A DNA stretch of 64,000 nucleotides, taken from the IMG/VR virus record IMGVR_UViG_2671180412_000004; one strand, 5' to 3'. Under the pieces are notes generated by a model. The model had not been told where the DNA came from. It made no database searches and saw only the letters and a list, made by a program, of their open reading frames with translations. A program made the translations under genes and the position numbers. This DNA is from an uncultured virus (IMG/VR IMGVR_UViG_2671180412_000004) (Duplodnaviria; Heunggongvirae; Uroviricota; Caudoviricetes). Shown here in pieces: positions 38,765-48,034 of the stretch (positions are counted from its first letter, which is position 1; each line of letters opens with the position of its first letter).

Positions 38765-38991
38765 TGGCTGATTCAATGGACCTCGCACAGCTGCGCGAAC
38801 AGGAAGATCGTGAGCGCCATATCAACAATGCCCGCGCCAAAGTGCCGGGCGTTTCCCGTGTTCTATGTGCGGAGTGTGATGCTCCGATCCCGCCAGCGCG
38901 CCGCCGCGCTATTCCGGGCGTGCAGTGCTGTGTGACCTGTCAGGAAATCGCAGAGTTAAAAGGCAAGCACTACAACGGAGGCGTTGTATGA
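38764..38991 (+). CDS. TraR/DksA C4 zinc-finger protein
   Basis: CAECDAPIPPARR...CVTCQ. Confidence 0.9.
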   Translation: MADSMDLAQLREQEDRERHINNARAKVPGVSRVLCAECDAPIPPARRRAIPGVQCCVTCQEIAELKGKHYNGGVV

Positions 38992-39845
38992 GCACTATCC
39001 TGAAATGGGCGGGAAACAAAACCGCCATTATGTCCGAACTGAAAAAGTATCTCCCAGCTGGCCCGCGATTGGTTGAACCTTTCGCGGGTTCCTGCGCTGT
39101 GATGATGGCAACAGACTATCCTCATTATCTTGTCGCAGATATCAATCCAGATTTAATTAATCTGTATCGTTCTATTGCAGAAGATACAGAAAACTTTATT
39201 AATCTTGCTAAGGCGGTTTTTGAAAGTTTTATTGTCGCTGAAAATTATTATCGTGTGCGTGAAGCGTTTAACCACGATCCGCAATTAGACCGACTGCACC
39301 GTGCTGTATATTTTCTTTATCTAAACCGCCATTGTTATCGTGGGTTATGCCGCTACAACCTAAGCGGTGTATTCAACGTCCCTTTCGGTAATTATAAAAA
39401 GCCGTATTTTCCTGAGAGTGAAATCCGCGCATTTGCTGAGCAAGCGAAGCGAGCCACCTTTGTTTGCGCTAACTACGAAGAAACGTTGTCTTTGTTGCAG
39501 ACGGGCGATGTGATTTATTGCGACCCTCCTTATGACGGGACTTTTAGTAATTACCACACTGCCGGTTTTACAGAGGACGATCAGTATCGCCTGGCGTCTA
39601 TTCTTGAGCGCCGCGCGTCAGAAGGCCATCCGGTCATAGTTTCAAACAGTGACACCTCACTTACTCGCTCCCTTTATCGGAATTTCACCCATCACCGCCT
39701 TACCGCAAACCGCAGTATGGGCGTTGCGGCTGGTGACGGTAAGTCTGCCGTGGAAATCATTGCTACTTCAAAATCGTGTCACTGGCTTGGATTTGATCCT
39801 GCAACCGGACCTGACTGCAGCGTGAAGTATGAGGTGCAGGCGTGA
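38988..39845 (+). CDS. dam: Dam-family DNA adenine methyltransferase
   Basis: LKWAGNK, LVEPFAGS, YCDPPY motifs. Confidence 0.93.
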   Translation: MSTILKWAGNKTAIMSELKKYLPAGPRLVEPFAGSCAVMMATDYPHYLVADINPDLINLYRSIAEDTENFINLAKAVFESFIVAENYYRVREAFNHDPQLDRLHRAVYFLYLNRHCYRGLCRYNLSGVFNVPFGNYKKPYFPESEIRAFAEQAKRATFVCANYEETLSLLQTGDVIYCDPPYDGTFSNYHTAGFTEDDQYRLASILERRASEGHPVIVSNSDTSLTRSLYRNFTHHRLTANRSMGVAAGDGKSAVEIIATSKSCHWLGFDPATGPDCSVKYEVQA

Positions 39846-39887
39846 GGGCAACGGCGTTTATTCGCGCTTACATTATGGGGTGTCAGA

Positions 39888-42257
39888 ATGTCTGACACCG
39901 TTTTCCCCTACGCATGGAATGCCCCGCGCCCTGCAATCGGTGGTTTTAAGCAAGCCGATGCGGCGCCGGGGATCATGTATCTGACGCCGGACGGCAATCG
40001 CAAGCGTTTGTCGATTGCCGAACTGGCAGAAACGGATGAAGCACCAGACCGGGGCCGGGCGGTTCGTCGTCGCCTGGCTTCGCTGCCTCATTTTGTCCGT
40101 CGTATGTATGCTCAAAAACTTGAACAGGTAGACCGTAAAGGCAAACAAGCGGCTGATGCCTGGCTTATCAATACCTTTGAACGATTCGTTCTGAGTCGTA
40201 TAGATCAGGTTAACGAGCAGTATCTGCCGCAGGGGGTTATGCCTGCGGCTTTGTTGCCTCTGCGTGAACAATTCTGGCGCCTGCTTTGGGCTGGCAAAAG
40301 AGAGCTGAAAAGACTGGCGCATAACCTTGCTGACCTGTTGGGTAGCGAGTTTAACCGCGAGTTTGATTTCCAGATGGCCCGCACGTCCGATCCCCATTTC
40401 GCCACCCTTTCAGGTTATGGCCGCATGGGGTTTCTTGCCAATCACCTAAAAACGTCGGTCCCGTGCTGGACGGCCTACTGCAAAGAAGAACTGGAGGCGG
40501 AAGACGCACTGAAAGCAGTGGCCCGCCTGCAGTCTCCGCAGTGGTGGCTTAATCGTCTGCGCCGTATGCATGCTCGCTGGCGTGAGCATCTGATGGTTGC
40601 GGCCGGGTATGTACACAAAAAATCCGCACCGTACTGCAGTGACCCATGTTTGCAGGAATGGACGGCGCAAAAGAAAGCCAACCGCGAATTTCTGAAAGCG
40701 ATGGAGCTGGAAGATGAGGACACCGGAGAGCGCGTATCGCTGATTGATAAAGTGGCCGGCAGTGTTGCCAACCCAGCCAACCGACGCCGTGAACTGATGG
40801 CGCGCATGCGTGGGTTCGAAGATTTAGCGAATGAGGCCGGACTGGCCGGGGCGTTCTTCACGCTTACCGCTCCATCCAAATACCACTCAATGCAGTACGA
40901 CGGGCGCCGGAACAACAAATACAGCGGCGCGTCACCGCGTGAAACGCAGAAATATCTTTGCAAAGTATGGGCGCGCACGCGTGCGGCCTGGCTGCGCAAT
41001 GGTATTCGCGTGTTTGGCTTTCGCGTTGTTGAGCCTCACCACGACGAAACCCCGCACTGGCACCTCCTGCTTTTCATGCGCCCGGAGCATATCGAACCGG
41101 CAACAGCAATCTTTCGTAAGCACGCCATGCGTGAGGATGGGAATGAGCCAGGCGCCGCTGAAAACCGCTTCGAAATGAAACCCATCGAGAAAGAGAAGGG
41201 CAGCGCAACGGGCTATATCGCCAAATACATTTCAAAAAATATTGATGGCTATCAGCTTGATGACGATCTGGATGATGAAACCGGCAAGCCTCTGAAAGAA
41301 ATGGCTCGCCGCGTAAGTGCCTGGGCGTCTCGCTGGGCGATCCGCCAGTTCCAGCAAATAGGCGGCGCACCGGTAACTGTTTGGCGTGAATTACGTCGCC
41401 TCGGTGATCGTGAGCTGGTCCTGCACCCCGAAATTGAGCCAGTGCGTCAGGCTGCCGACAGCAGCGCGTGGGATTTGTACGTAAGTGCGCAGGGTGGCCC
41501 GCTGGTTCCCCGCGATCTCCTGCGCGTGCGCCTCAGCTATGAAGTCACCGAAAACGGCAATCTCTACGGGGATGACGTATCCAAAATTTCCGGCGTTTAC
41601 TCCCCAATCCGTGGGCCGGAATCGCTGATTCATACGCGCACTACCAAATACAAAATTGTGCCGAAACGTCAGGCCTACGGCGTTTCAGGTTTTGACCTTG
41701 ATTTTTCAGGCGGCCCCGCCGCCCCTCGGAGTTCTGTCAATAACTGTACGCGGGAGCCGCGGGAGGTTGAAAAACGCGCCGATCCTGGCGGCACGGTCAT
41801 GAATGACTGTGCCAGCTGGGCGGATATGGGCTCTTTATCCCGGAAAGAAAAACGGGTGATAGCGCAGCGGCTGAGCGAAGCGGCAAAGGCATCCAACAAG
41901 CGCGTAAAAGTGAGGCCAAAAGCCAGCCCTATGACGGAGCAGGAAAAGCAAATTAGTGAGCTGCTGGCTCTGCGTGGTGTGGATGCCAGTGCCGGAATGG
42001 TCCGTTCGTTGATTTCTGGCGCGGTGGTTGCCTTTGGCGATCAGGTGTTAACGGTTGAAGAAGGGCGCCTTACTGTCCGAAACCGTACTGCGGCAGGTGT
42101 TGAGCGTCTGCCGTCCCAGATTGTGGAGATTAAACAGCAGGCGGATGACCTTTTGAACCGAATGAAGCGTGCATTTTCAGCGCGTGAATGGCCCGTGATC
42201 AACATGGTCAGGTCTGACGGTGTGGTACCGCGTTCCGTCATTCACCGTCAGAAATGA
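39888..42257 (+). CDS. A: Rolling-circle replication initiator gpA
   Basis: TLTAPSKYH, EPHHDETPHWH, GYIAKYISKNIDG motifs. Confidence 0.95.
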   Translation: MSDTVFPYAWNAPRPAIGGFKQADAAPGIMYLTPDGNRKRLSIAELAETDEAPDRGRAVRRRLASLPHFVRRMYAQKLEQVDRKGKQAADAWLINTFERFVLSRIDQVNEQYLPQGVMPAALLPLREQFWRLLWAGKRELKRLAHNLADLLGSEFNREFDFQMARTSDPHFATLSGYGRMGFLANHLKTSVPCWTAYCKEELEAEDALKAVARLQSPQWWLNRLRRMHARWREHLMVAAGYVHKKSAPYCSDPCLQEWTAQKKANREFLKAMELEDEDTGERVSLIDKVAGSVANPANRRRELMARMRGFEDLANEAGLAGAFFTLTAPSKYHSMQYDGRRNNKYSGASPRETQKYLCKVWARTRAAWLRNGIRVFGFRVVEPHHDETPHWHLLLFMRPEHIEPATAIFRKHAMREDGNEPGAAENRFEMKPIEKEKGSATGYIAKYISKNIDGYQLDDDLDDETGKPLKEMARRVSAWASRWAIRQFQQIGGAPVTVWRELRRLGDRELVLHPEIEPVRQAADSSAWDLYVSAQGGPLVPRDLLRVRLSYEVTENGNLYGDDVSKISGVYSPIRGPESLIHTRTTKYKIVPKRQAYGVSGFDLDFSGGPAAPRSSVNNCTREPREVEKRADPGGTVMNDCASWADMGSLSRKEKRVIAQRLSEAAKASNKRVKVRPKASPMTEQEKQISELLALRGVDASAGMVRSLISGAVVAFGDQVLTVEEGRLTVRNRTAAGVERLPSQIVEIKQQADDLLNRMKRAFSAREWPVINMVRSDGVVPRSVIHRQK
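41718..41750 (+). other. Replication origin of prophage 2
   Basis: gccgcccctcg^gagttctgtcaataactgtacg resembles P2 ori. Confidence 0.82.
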
Positions 42258-42342
42258 CAGTGCTGGCCATTCATCGAGTAACGTCATTTTCGACTGTGCT
42301 GCAGGTGAATTAAAACGAAATCAGTAGTTGAGGAAAACAGAA

Positions 42343-43038
42343 ATGACCTATCTGGGAAGCAAGGCCGCAAGCGGTGTTTTTCAAAAGATTATTGCGGAAA
42401 TGCCGCCGCATGATACCTACATTGAGACGCACCTGGGCGGTGGCGCTGTCATGTTGCGTAAGCCACCGGCCCGCCGTAATTGGGGCATTGATATTGATCC
42501 CCTGACGGTTGAAGCGTTCTGCCAGGGCAATGCTGATTTCCTTGATAACGTGGGCGATAGCCTTTTTATCGATGTTGCCGATGCGGTGCAGTTTTTAAGG
42601 GACTTCGATTTTTCCTCTGCCGGTCGTGTGCTGGTTTACGCGGACCCTCCTTATTTGCATGAAACGCGGACCAGTGCCGCGCGGTATCGCAATGAATATA
42701 CCGTAGCCGATCATGAGCGGCTGCTGGCCTGCCTTAAAAGCCTGCCAAAAAATGTCAGTGTAATTTTGTCCGGCTATCCGTCAACGCTTTATGACGAACT
42801 GTTAACGGGCTGGCGCCAGAAAGAATTTCAGGCCATGACGCGCGGCGGTGTGCGCACAGAGAAAATCTGGATGAATTACCCGGAGGGGAAAGCCTACTCG
42901 CACACTTTCGCGGGTAAGGATTACAACGACAGGGAGCGCATCAAACGCAAGGCGAAGCGCTGGCGCGAAAAATTCGCAGCACTACCACACCCGGAGCGGC
43001 TGGCAATAATGACCGCCCTGAGCGAAGTTGATGATTAA
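42343..43038 (+). CDS. Second DNA adenine methyltransferase (D12-class-like)
   Basis: YLGSK, YIETHLGGGAV (SAM motif), YADPPY, ILSGY motifs. Confidence 0.85.
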   Translation: MTYLGSKAASGVFQKIIAEMPPHDTYIETHLGGGAVMLRKPPARRNWGIDIDPLTVEAFCQGNADFLDNVGDSLFIDVADAVQFLRDFDFSSAGRVLVYADPPYLHETRTSAARYRNEYTVADHERLLACLKSLPKNVSVILSGYPSTLYDELLTGWRQKEFQAMTRGGVRTEKIWMNYPEGKAYSHTFAGKDYNDRERIKRKAKRWREKFAALPHPERLAIMTALSEVDD

Positions 43039-43104
43039 CCTCAGCAAACAGACTCATCTGATTGATTGATAGAAAGTATTTTACAACCTCAAAATCCTCC
43101 TATA

Positions 43105-43181
43105 CTGTATATATAAACAGTGGATATATATACAGCGCGTCAATATCTCTTCCTGGGGATATTGGCTGGTTTATCCCGTAG
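43105..43181. promoter_or_regulatory. LexA boxes of the SOS operon
   Basis: CTGTATATATAAACAG (43105-20); one-mismatch copies at 43120-35 and 43166-81. Confidence 0.88.
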
Positions 43182-43198
43182 TGAGGATAGGAGGGAAA

Positions 43199-43387
43199 AT
43201 GCAGGACTATCTTTTGGAGTCGTTGAAACTCCAGCGTATTGATTTCTTTATCAAGCTTGTAGCGGCTAGTGAGTGTAGCGAAGAAGAGAAACGCCTTGCG
43301 ATCCAGTGGGTGTCGGAACTGACGGACGAGCTGATGGCGAAAATTCGTAACCATGATTACGGCCAGGCAATGGACGTTATCAACTAA
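43199..43387 (+). CDS. Tum-like antirepressor
   Basis: Behind LexA boxes in the 186 tum position; homologue at 10973. Confidence 0.7.
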   Translation: MQDYLLESLKLQRIDFFIKLVAASECSEEEKRLAIQWVSELTDELMAKIRNHDYGQAMDVIN

Positions 43388-43397
43388 AGGGGGCTTT

Positions 43398-43631
43398 ATG
43401 CGCATTGAAATAATGATCGATAAAGAGCAGAAGATAAACCAGGCAACACTGGAAGCCCTTGAATCCGAGCTTTACCGAAATTTGCGCCCTCTCTACCCAA
43501 AAACGGCAATCCGCATACGCAAGGGAAGCGCTAACGGCGTTGAGCTGAGCGGGTTAAAACTGGATGAAGACAAAAAGCGAGTGATGGAAATTATGCAGAA
43601 GGTCTGGGAAGACGACAGCTGGTTACATTAG
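43398..43631 (+). CDS. DinI-like protein
   Basis: MRIEIMIDK...ALESEL...IRIRKGSANGVELSG...VWEDDSW. Confidence 0.88.
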   Translation: MRIEIMIDKEQKINQATLEALESELYRNLRPLYPKTAIRIRKGSANGVELSGLKLDEDKKRVMEIMQKVWEDDSWLH

Positions 43632-43917
43632 CGAACGTTGCGGACGATAAAACTGGTTTTTACCGTCCGCAAGGTTGAACAACGAGCCGTTCGAGGCGTT
43701 AGAAATTGTCTTTGTTAGTGCCTACTTCTCATAAGAGGCACTATATATGCTAAATGCAGCGGTTTAAGGCAGAAACATCTTGCGCGATTAGGGGCAATGA
43801 ACTTAAGTTAAGTAACGCAACCAACTGTTAAAACGGTTGTCTTAGTTATAAGGAATTTGCTGTTGTGGTTGCTGGTGACGAAGTGTACACTTCCGCGCCA
43901 TATAAGAAGGAGGGGTT

Positions 43918-44136
43918 ATGTCAAGTATCGCCGCATTGAGGCTGGGTAATCCAGTTGAACGTTTGGCACGGGTTCTGAAAGAGAACCAGGACAAGCTCAA
44001 TCTGAGTAAAGACGGTTTTGTGTCCGTAGATTTGTCCAACGAAGAAGCTATGAAAGCCATCAGAGATCAGATGGATAAGCTTGAAGCCGTCAAAACGAGC
44101 ACTGTTAAAGCAAAATATTATTACAGAACCCGATAA
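43918..44136 (+). CDS. Hypothetical 72-aa protein in the P2 variable locus
   Basis: AGGAGG RBS; TAATG coupling to the next ORF. Confidence 0.8.
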   Translation: MSSIAALRLGNPVERLARVLKENQDKLNLSKDGFVSVDLSNEEAMKAIRDQMDKLEAVKTSTVKAKYYYRTR

Positions 44137-44978
44137 TGGCAACATTACTTTTAGCAGTGATTTTGGTTAGTGGTTTTATTTATGTAAACCTATCACTTTC
44201 AACACGTTATAGATATAAGCGTTCCAATGGCTGGGACGCTTATTTTTTTGTGGCTGCATGGGGAATTGTCTTTTTCCTCGCTGGCGGCTTCCTTACCTTC
44301 GCTCTTAACATCAGCGGTGGGTTTCGCTGGCTTTCTAATGCGCTGAATCTGACTCCAGACAGCTTTAACGGGATGTTATCCACCACAACCGATAAACCGC
44401 AGCGCATCAATGAAATTAAGCAAATCGCGTGGGTTGTGATTTCAATAGTTCTGGCGGCACTGTTCGGTTGGCTAAACAAACGTCGTACTTCAAAGGGGGA
44501 TCGCCGTTGGGATGCACTGGCAAAGGCAGTGGGAAACAATTCTTTTGAATCGCTGCTCATGGAAGCATCAGCTCGCCAGTTTCCTATCATCGCTACACTT
44601 TCATCACGCAAAATCTATGTAGGGCTGGTGACTTGCCCTGCGTTGGAAAATGGATTGTCGGAACACCTTGAAATTCTCCCCATGCTGAGCGGATATCGTG
44701 ACAAAGACGACCTAACGATAAATATCACGACAAACTATCATCAGCACTATCTTGAAAGCGGCGTTATCAGTGGGATGTCGCGCCTGAATATCCAGGATTT
44801 CCGTGTGCTGATCCCTAAAGACGAAGTTGAAACCATCTCGTTTTTTGATACTGAAACGTATAACAAATTTAAAGAAGACGAAGCGCGTGACCGGAAAGAC
44901 TGCCGCAAGTTGGGTGGCAAAAAACCATCCACGCGCAGGAGAAGGACTGCTGGCGACGCAGAGCAGGGTAGTGCATGA
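44136..44978 (+). CDS. Hypothetical membrane protein (about 3 TM plus a soluble C-terminal domain)
   Basis: Three hydrophobic segments in the N-terminal half; family not recognised. Confidence 0.8.
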   Translation: MATLLLAVILVSGFIYVNLSLSTRYRYKRSNGWDAYFFVAAWGIVFFLAGGFLTFALNISGGFRWLSNALNLTPDSFNGMLSTTTDKPQRINEIKQIAWVVISIVLAALFGWLNKRRTSKGDRRWDALAKAVGNNSFESLLMEASARQFPIIATLSSRKIYVGLVTCPALENGLSEHLEILPMLSGYRDKDDLTINITTNYHQHYLESGVISGMSRLNIQDFRVLIPKDEVETISFFDTETYNKFKEDEARDRKDCRKLGGKKPSTRRRRTAGDAEQGSA

Positions 44979-45120
44979 CTATGCTGCATGAATGCGCATG
45001 ATCGTTTAAGGATCGTTTTTGCTGAGGCCCGCCAGAAATGGCGGGCTTTTGCTTATGTCATGCATGTGCATGAAAACCACTACACAAAGCGGGCAGGCGT
45101 GGCGGGGCTACGAGCGCGCG
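44972..45120 (+). other. cos region of prophage 2 (19-nt cohesive end about 45096-45114)
   Basis: GGCGTGGCGGGGCTACGAG resembles the P2/186 cos (GGCGWGGCGGGGAAAGCAY); preceded by repeated GCATGA and a hairpin at 45026-45050. Confidence 0.75.
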
Positions 45121-45190
45121 GTTTTGGTTGTCAACGCACTATTAATGCTATAGAACAGTGCTACTTAAACGATTTTCTAAGGTGGCCTCA

Positions 45191-46936
45191 ATGGAACTGC
45201 AAGCAAACGCCAGGACATTAACCAATGTATTATCAGTCAACAAAAAATATATCGTCCCTAGGTTTCAAAGAGAATATTCATGGGGAAAGGAACAAGTAAG
45301 TGAGCTGTGGAATGATATAATATCTAATATCCATTTGCAGCAGGATGGACAGTATCATTATGATGAGTATTTTATTGGTGCGCTCGTTTTAGTTGGTCAA
45401 GAGACAAGTTCAGAATTAATGATAGTAGATGGTCAGCAGCGTCTAACTACTCTAACAATTTTGCTTTCTGCTTTATGCGATAAATTTAAACAGAATAATG
45501 AACAGGCAGTTGCGCAATCTATTTACAATAATTATATATCTGGCATCGATGATGATGGCAAACCATTCTTTAAATTAGTAAATGAAACTCCGAAACCATA
45601 TTTTCAAAACAATATACAACATATTGATAAAAAAAGTGATGGTCCTGAGTCTCTTGAGGAAAGAAATCTGCAGTCCGCATATAATGATTTGACTGAGTAT
45701 CTTTCTGAGGAGTACCTCTCTAAGATGTTAGGAATTGATGGGAGGGAGTTTAATTATCTGGAAGCTTTGAAAGCAGTAAGAGATCAGGTCCTTCGTTATC
45801 TAAAGGTGATTTACATTACAGTAAACGATGAAGATGAGGCGTATACTATTTTTGAAACTCTCAATGCGAGAGGGTTAAATCTTAGTTATGTTGATTTGAT
45901 AAAAAATAAATTATTCAAAAAACTCAATGGTACGCATCCTGATGATGATGCGAAAACCAAGTGGAACAAAATCAGACAGATTATATCTAGCCGTAATGGG
46001 GTAGGTTCGATTGAAACCTTTATACGTCATTGGTGGGTGTCTAAGTATTCTTACGTCAGTAGTGATACTCTTTATAAAGCATTTTTGGATAAATGGAAGA
46101 AAGGGGAAATTGATGCTGCAGGGTTCATTGATGAGTTGCTCTCAGATGCTGAGATTTATGTGAAAATCTCTGCTCCGACTGAACAGGATTTTCCTGAGAT
46201 AGAAATGAAACCAGTTTATAGAGGGCTGCAGGCGTTAAGATTGTTCAATATATCTCAGAATAAACCATTTCTGTTGTCTTTGTTTAAGGCAAGGGCCAGT
46301 GGTAAATTAAAGCTTGTTGATATGAATAATGCTATTTTATCGATTGAGCGCTTTCACTTTATGTTTAACGCTATTTGTTCATTGCGCCCTTCTGGTATTG
46401 AAAGTGCTTATGCTAAAGCAGCGAGGGCTTTGGTAGATGAGGCTGCGACGAAAGCTAGTAATCGACAGGTTATAATAGCTTTACTAGATATGCTTGTGAA
46501 AAGAAAGCCTGAGTTTAACGTGTTTGTGGAAAAATTTATTATGCTAAGGTTTTCTAATCAAGAATTAAAAAATAAAAGGTTGATTCAGTATATTTTTAAT
46601 AGGCTTGAGTTGCATTATATGAAAACGGGTGAGTATATGCCTGACTCATTAACATTAGAACACATACAGCCGCAAAGTGTTGGTGAACCAGATGCTTATA
46701 GCATGATAGGTAATCTTTTGCCCTTGTCAAAGGAATTGAATGAAAAAGCGGGAAGTAAACCGGTGAAAGAAAAGATTGATATTTATAAGAAATCAAAATT
46801 TGCATTGGTTCAAATTTTCGTAGATGAGTTTGAAAATAAATATCAAGGGGAATGGAAACCTGATTCTATGATGTCTAGGGCTATTGAATTATGCATGTTA
46901 TCTTATAATACGGTTTGGAAATTAGGAAGGGATTAA
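45191..46936 (+). CDS. DUF262-DUF1524 (GmrSD/SspE-like) nuclease
   Basis: VPRFQREYSW, IVDGQQRLTT, IFETLNARG; C-terminal LEHIQPQ...IGNLLPL...N His-Me finger. Confidence 0.9.
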   Translation: MELQANARTLTNVLSVNKKYIVPRFQREYSWGKEQVSELWNDIISNIHLQQDGQYHYDEYFIGALVLVGQETSSELMIVDGQQRLTTLTILLSALCDKFKQNNEQAVAQSIYNNYISGIDDDGKPFFKLVNETPKPYFQNNIQHIDKKSDGPESLEERNLQSAYNDLTEYLSEEYLSKMLGIDGREFNYLEALKAVRDQVLRYLKVIYITVNDEDEAYTIFETLNARGLNLSYVDLIKNKLFKKLNGTHPDDDAKTKWNKIRQIISSRNGVGSIETFIRHWWVSKYSYVSSDTLYKAFLDKWKKGEIDAAGFIDELLSDAEIYVKISAPTEQDFPEIEMKPVYRGLQALRLFNISQNKPFLLSLFKARASGKLKLVDMNNAILSIERFHFMFNAICSLRPSGIESAYAKAARALVDEAATKASNRQVIIALLDMLVKRKPEFNVFVEKFIMLRFSNQELKNKRLIQYIFNRLELHYMKTGEYMPDSLTLEHIQPQSVGEPDAYSMIGNLLPLSKELNEKAGSKPVKEKIDIYKKSKFALVQIFVDEFENKYQGEWKPDSMMSRAIELCMLSYNTVWKLGRD

Positions 46937-46940
46937 GAAT

Positions 46941-46967
46941 ATCAGGGGCTAATATTTAGCCCCTGAT
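46941..46967. terminator. Hairpin between the convergent nuclease and portal genes
   Basis: atcaggggctaa-tat-ttagcccctgat. Confidence 0.7.
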
Positions 46968-46972
46968 GTTTA

Positions 46973-48034
46973 TTAATTGGTGCTATTATCAATCTCTAAA
47001 GAATATGCCTCAAAGCGGATCAATTCTTCTCCCAGCCATTCGTTTATTTCCTGCATTCGCTTCTGCAGCGGCATCAATTCGTTGCGGACAAATACTCGGC
47101 TTGCTTTCTCAACGTCACCAAATCCCCCTGTATTCGTTGGAATAATCCCCATCAGCTGCGGCGGCACGCGGTGAGCTGCCAGCATGTCATCACGGCTCAC
47201 ATTCTTGATGTTAAGAAACTCATCTTTCGCTGCGACCTCTGACAGTGGGATGATCTGAATGCCGTCTTTCTTGCCGTTCGGGCTGTACATAAACAGGTTG
47301 CGGAAGTTGCCCGGCCCTTTCGATTTTTTAAGTGCTTCGCGTATGTTGTCCACGTCTTTCTGATCGGCGGCGGGGTCGCTCATGTACATGATGAAACCAG
47401 CATGGCTACCGTTGAGGTAATACTTACGACGAAACAGCGTTGCCGATTCATTCAGCAGTGCGGAAGGAATGGCAGAAAGGTATTCCGGCATCCCGTAAAG
47501 CTCCTGGTTAACGTCGGGTTCCATCAGATGAAACACGCTTCCCTCATCGAACTGATATGGCTGTGAGTTGTGACCATACTGTGCAAACCAGTAGGTGTCC
47601 TGGTCAATGCCACGACGGGTATATTTGGCAAGCGAGGCGCGCAGCTCCATGATCTGCCCTAACCGGTTCATGCGTTTTTCAAGGTAGGCATTACCGAATA
47701 CCAGAAAGTCCTGGGCGAACCGGGAAAAGGCTTGTTTAGACAGCCAGCGGTGAGGGATGAAGGTACTGGTAAGAATATTGCGTTTTACCTGAATAGCGCT
47801 GGAGTGATGCACGGCGGCGCGGTAAGTTCGCGCCAGGCCATCCATGCTGATCGGTGGTTCGTACCAGCGGTCTACCTGCACGCACTCCAGGTAATCAAAT
47901 AACTCTCGGCGGTCCATCACGGGGATCGGATCGCCAAACGTAAACGCCTCCGCATGTGCATTACTGACCATGCTGGGCGTATCGGTGGCGGTCTGGCCGC
48001 GCGGTGTCTTGCTGCGGTTTTTGCGGTTAGCCAT
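46973..48034 (-). CDS. Q: Portal protein gpQ
   Basis: EAFTFGDP, LYGMPEY, FRRKYYLNGSHAG motifs. Confidence 0.95.
   Translation of the reverse strand: MANRKNRSKTPRGQTATDTPSMVSNAHAEAFTFGDPIPVMDRRELFDYLECVQVDRWYEPPISMDGLARTYRAAVHHSSAIQVKRNILTSTFIPHRWLSKQAFSRFAQDFLVFGNAYLEKRMNRLGQIMELRASLAKYTRRGIDQDTYWFAQYGHNSQPYQFDEGSVFHLMEPDVNQELYGMPEYLSAIPSALLNESATLFRRKYYLNGSHAGFIMYMSDPAADQKDVDNIREALKKSKGPGNFRNLFMYSPNGKKDGIQIIPLSEVAAKDEFLNIKNVSRDDMLAAHRVPPQLMGIIPTNTGGFGDVEKASRVFVRNELMPLQKRMQEINEWLGEELIRFEAYSLEIDNSTN

Noticed and set aside
44988..45221. 77-aa ORF
   Set aside because: It runs across the cos site, its repeats and a hairpin; likely spurious.
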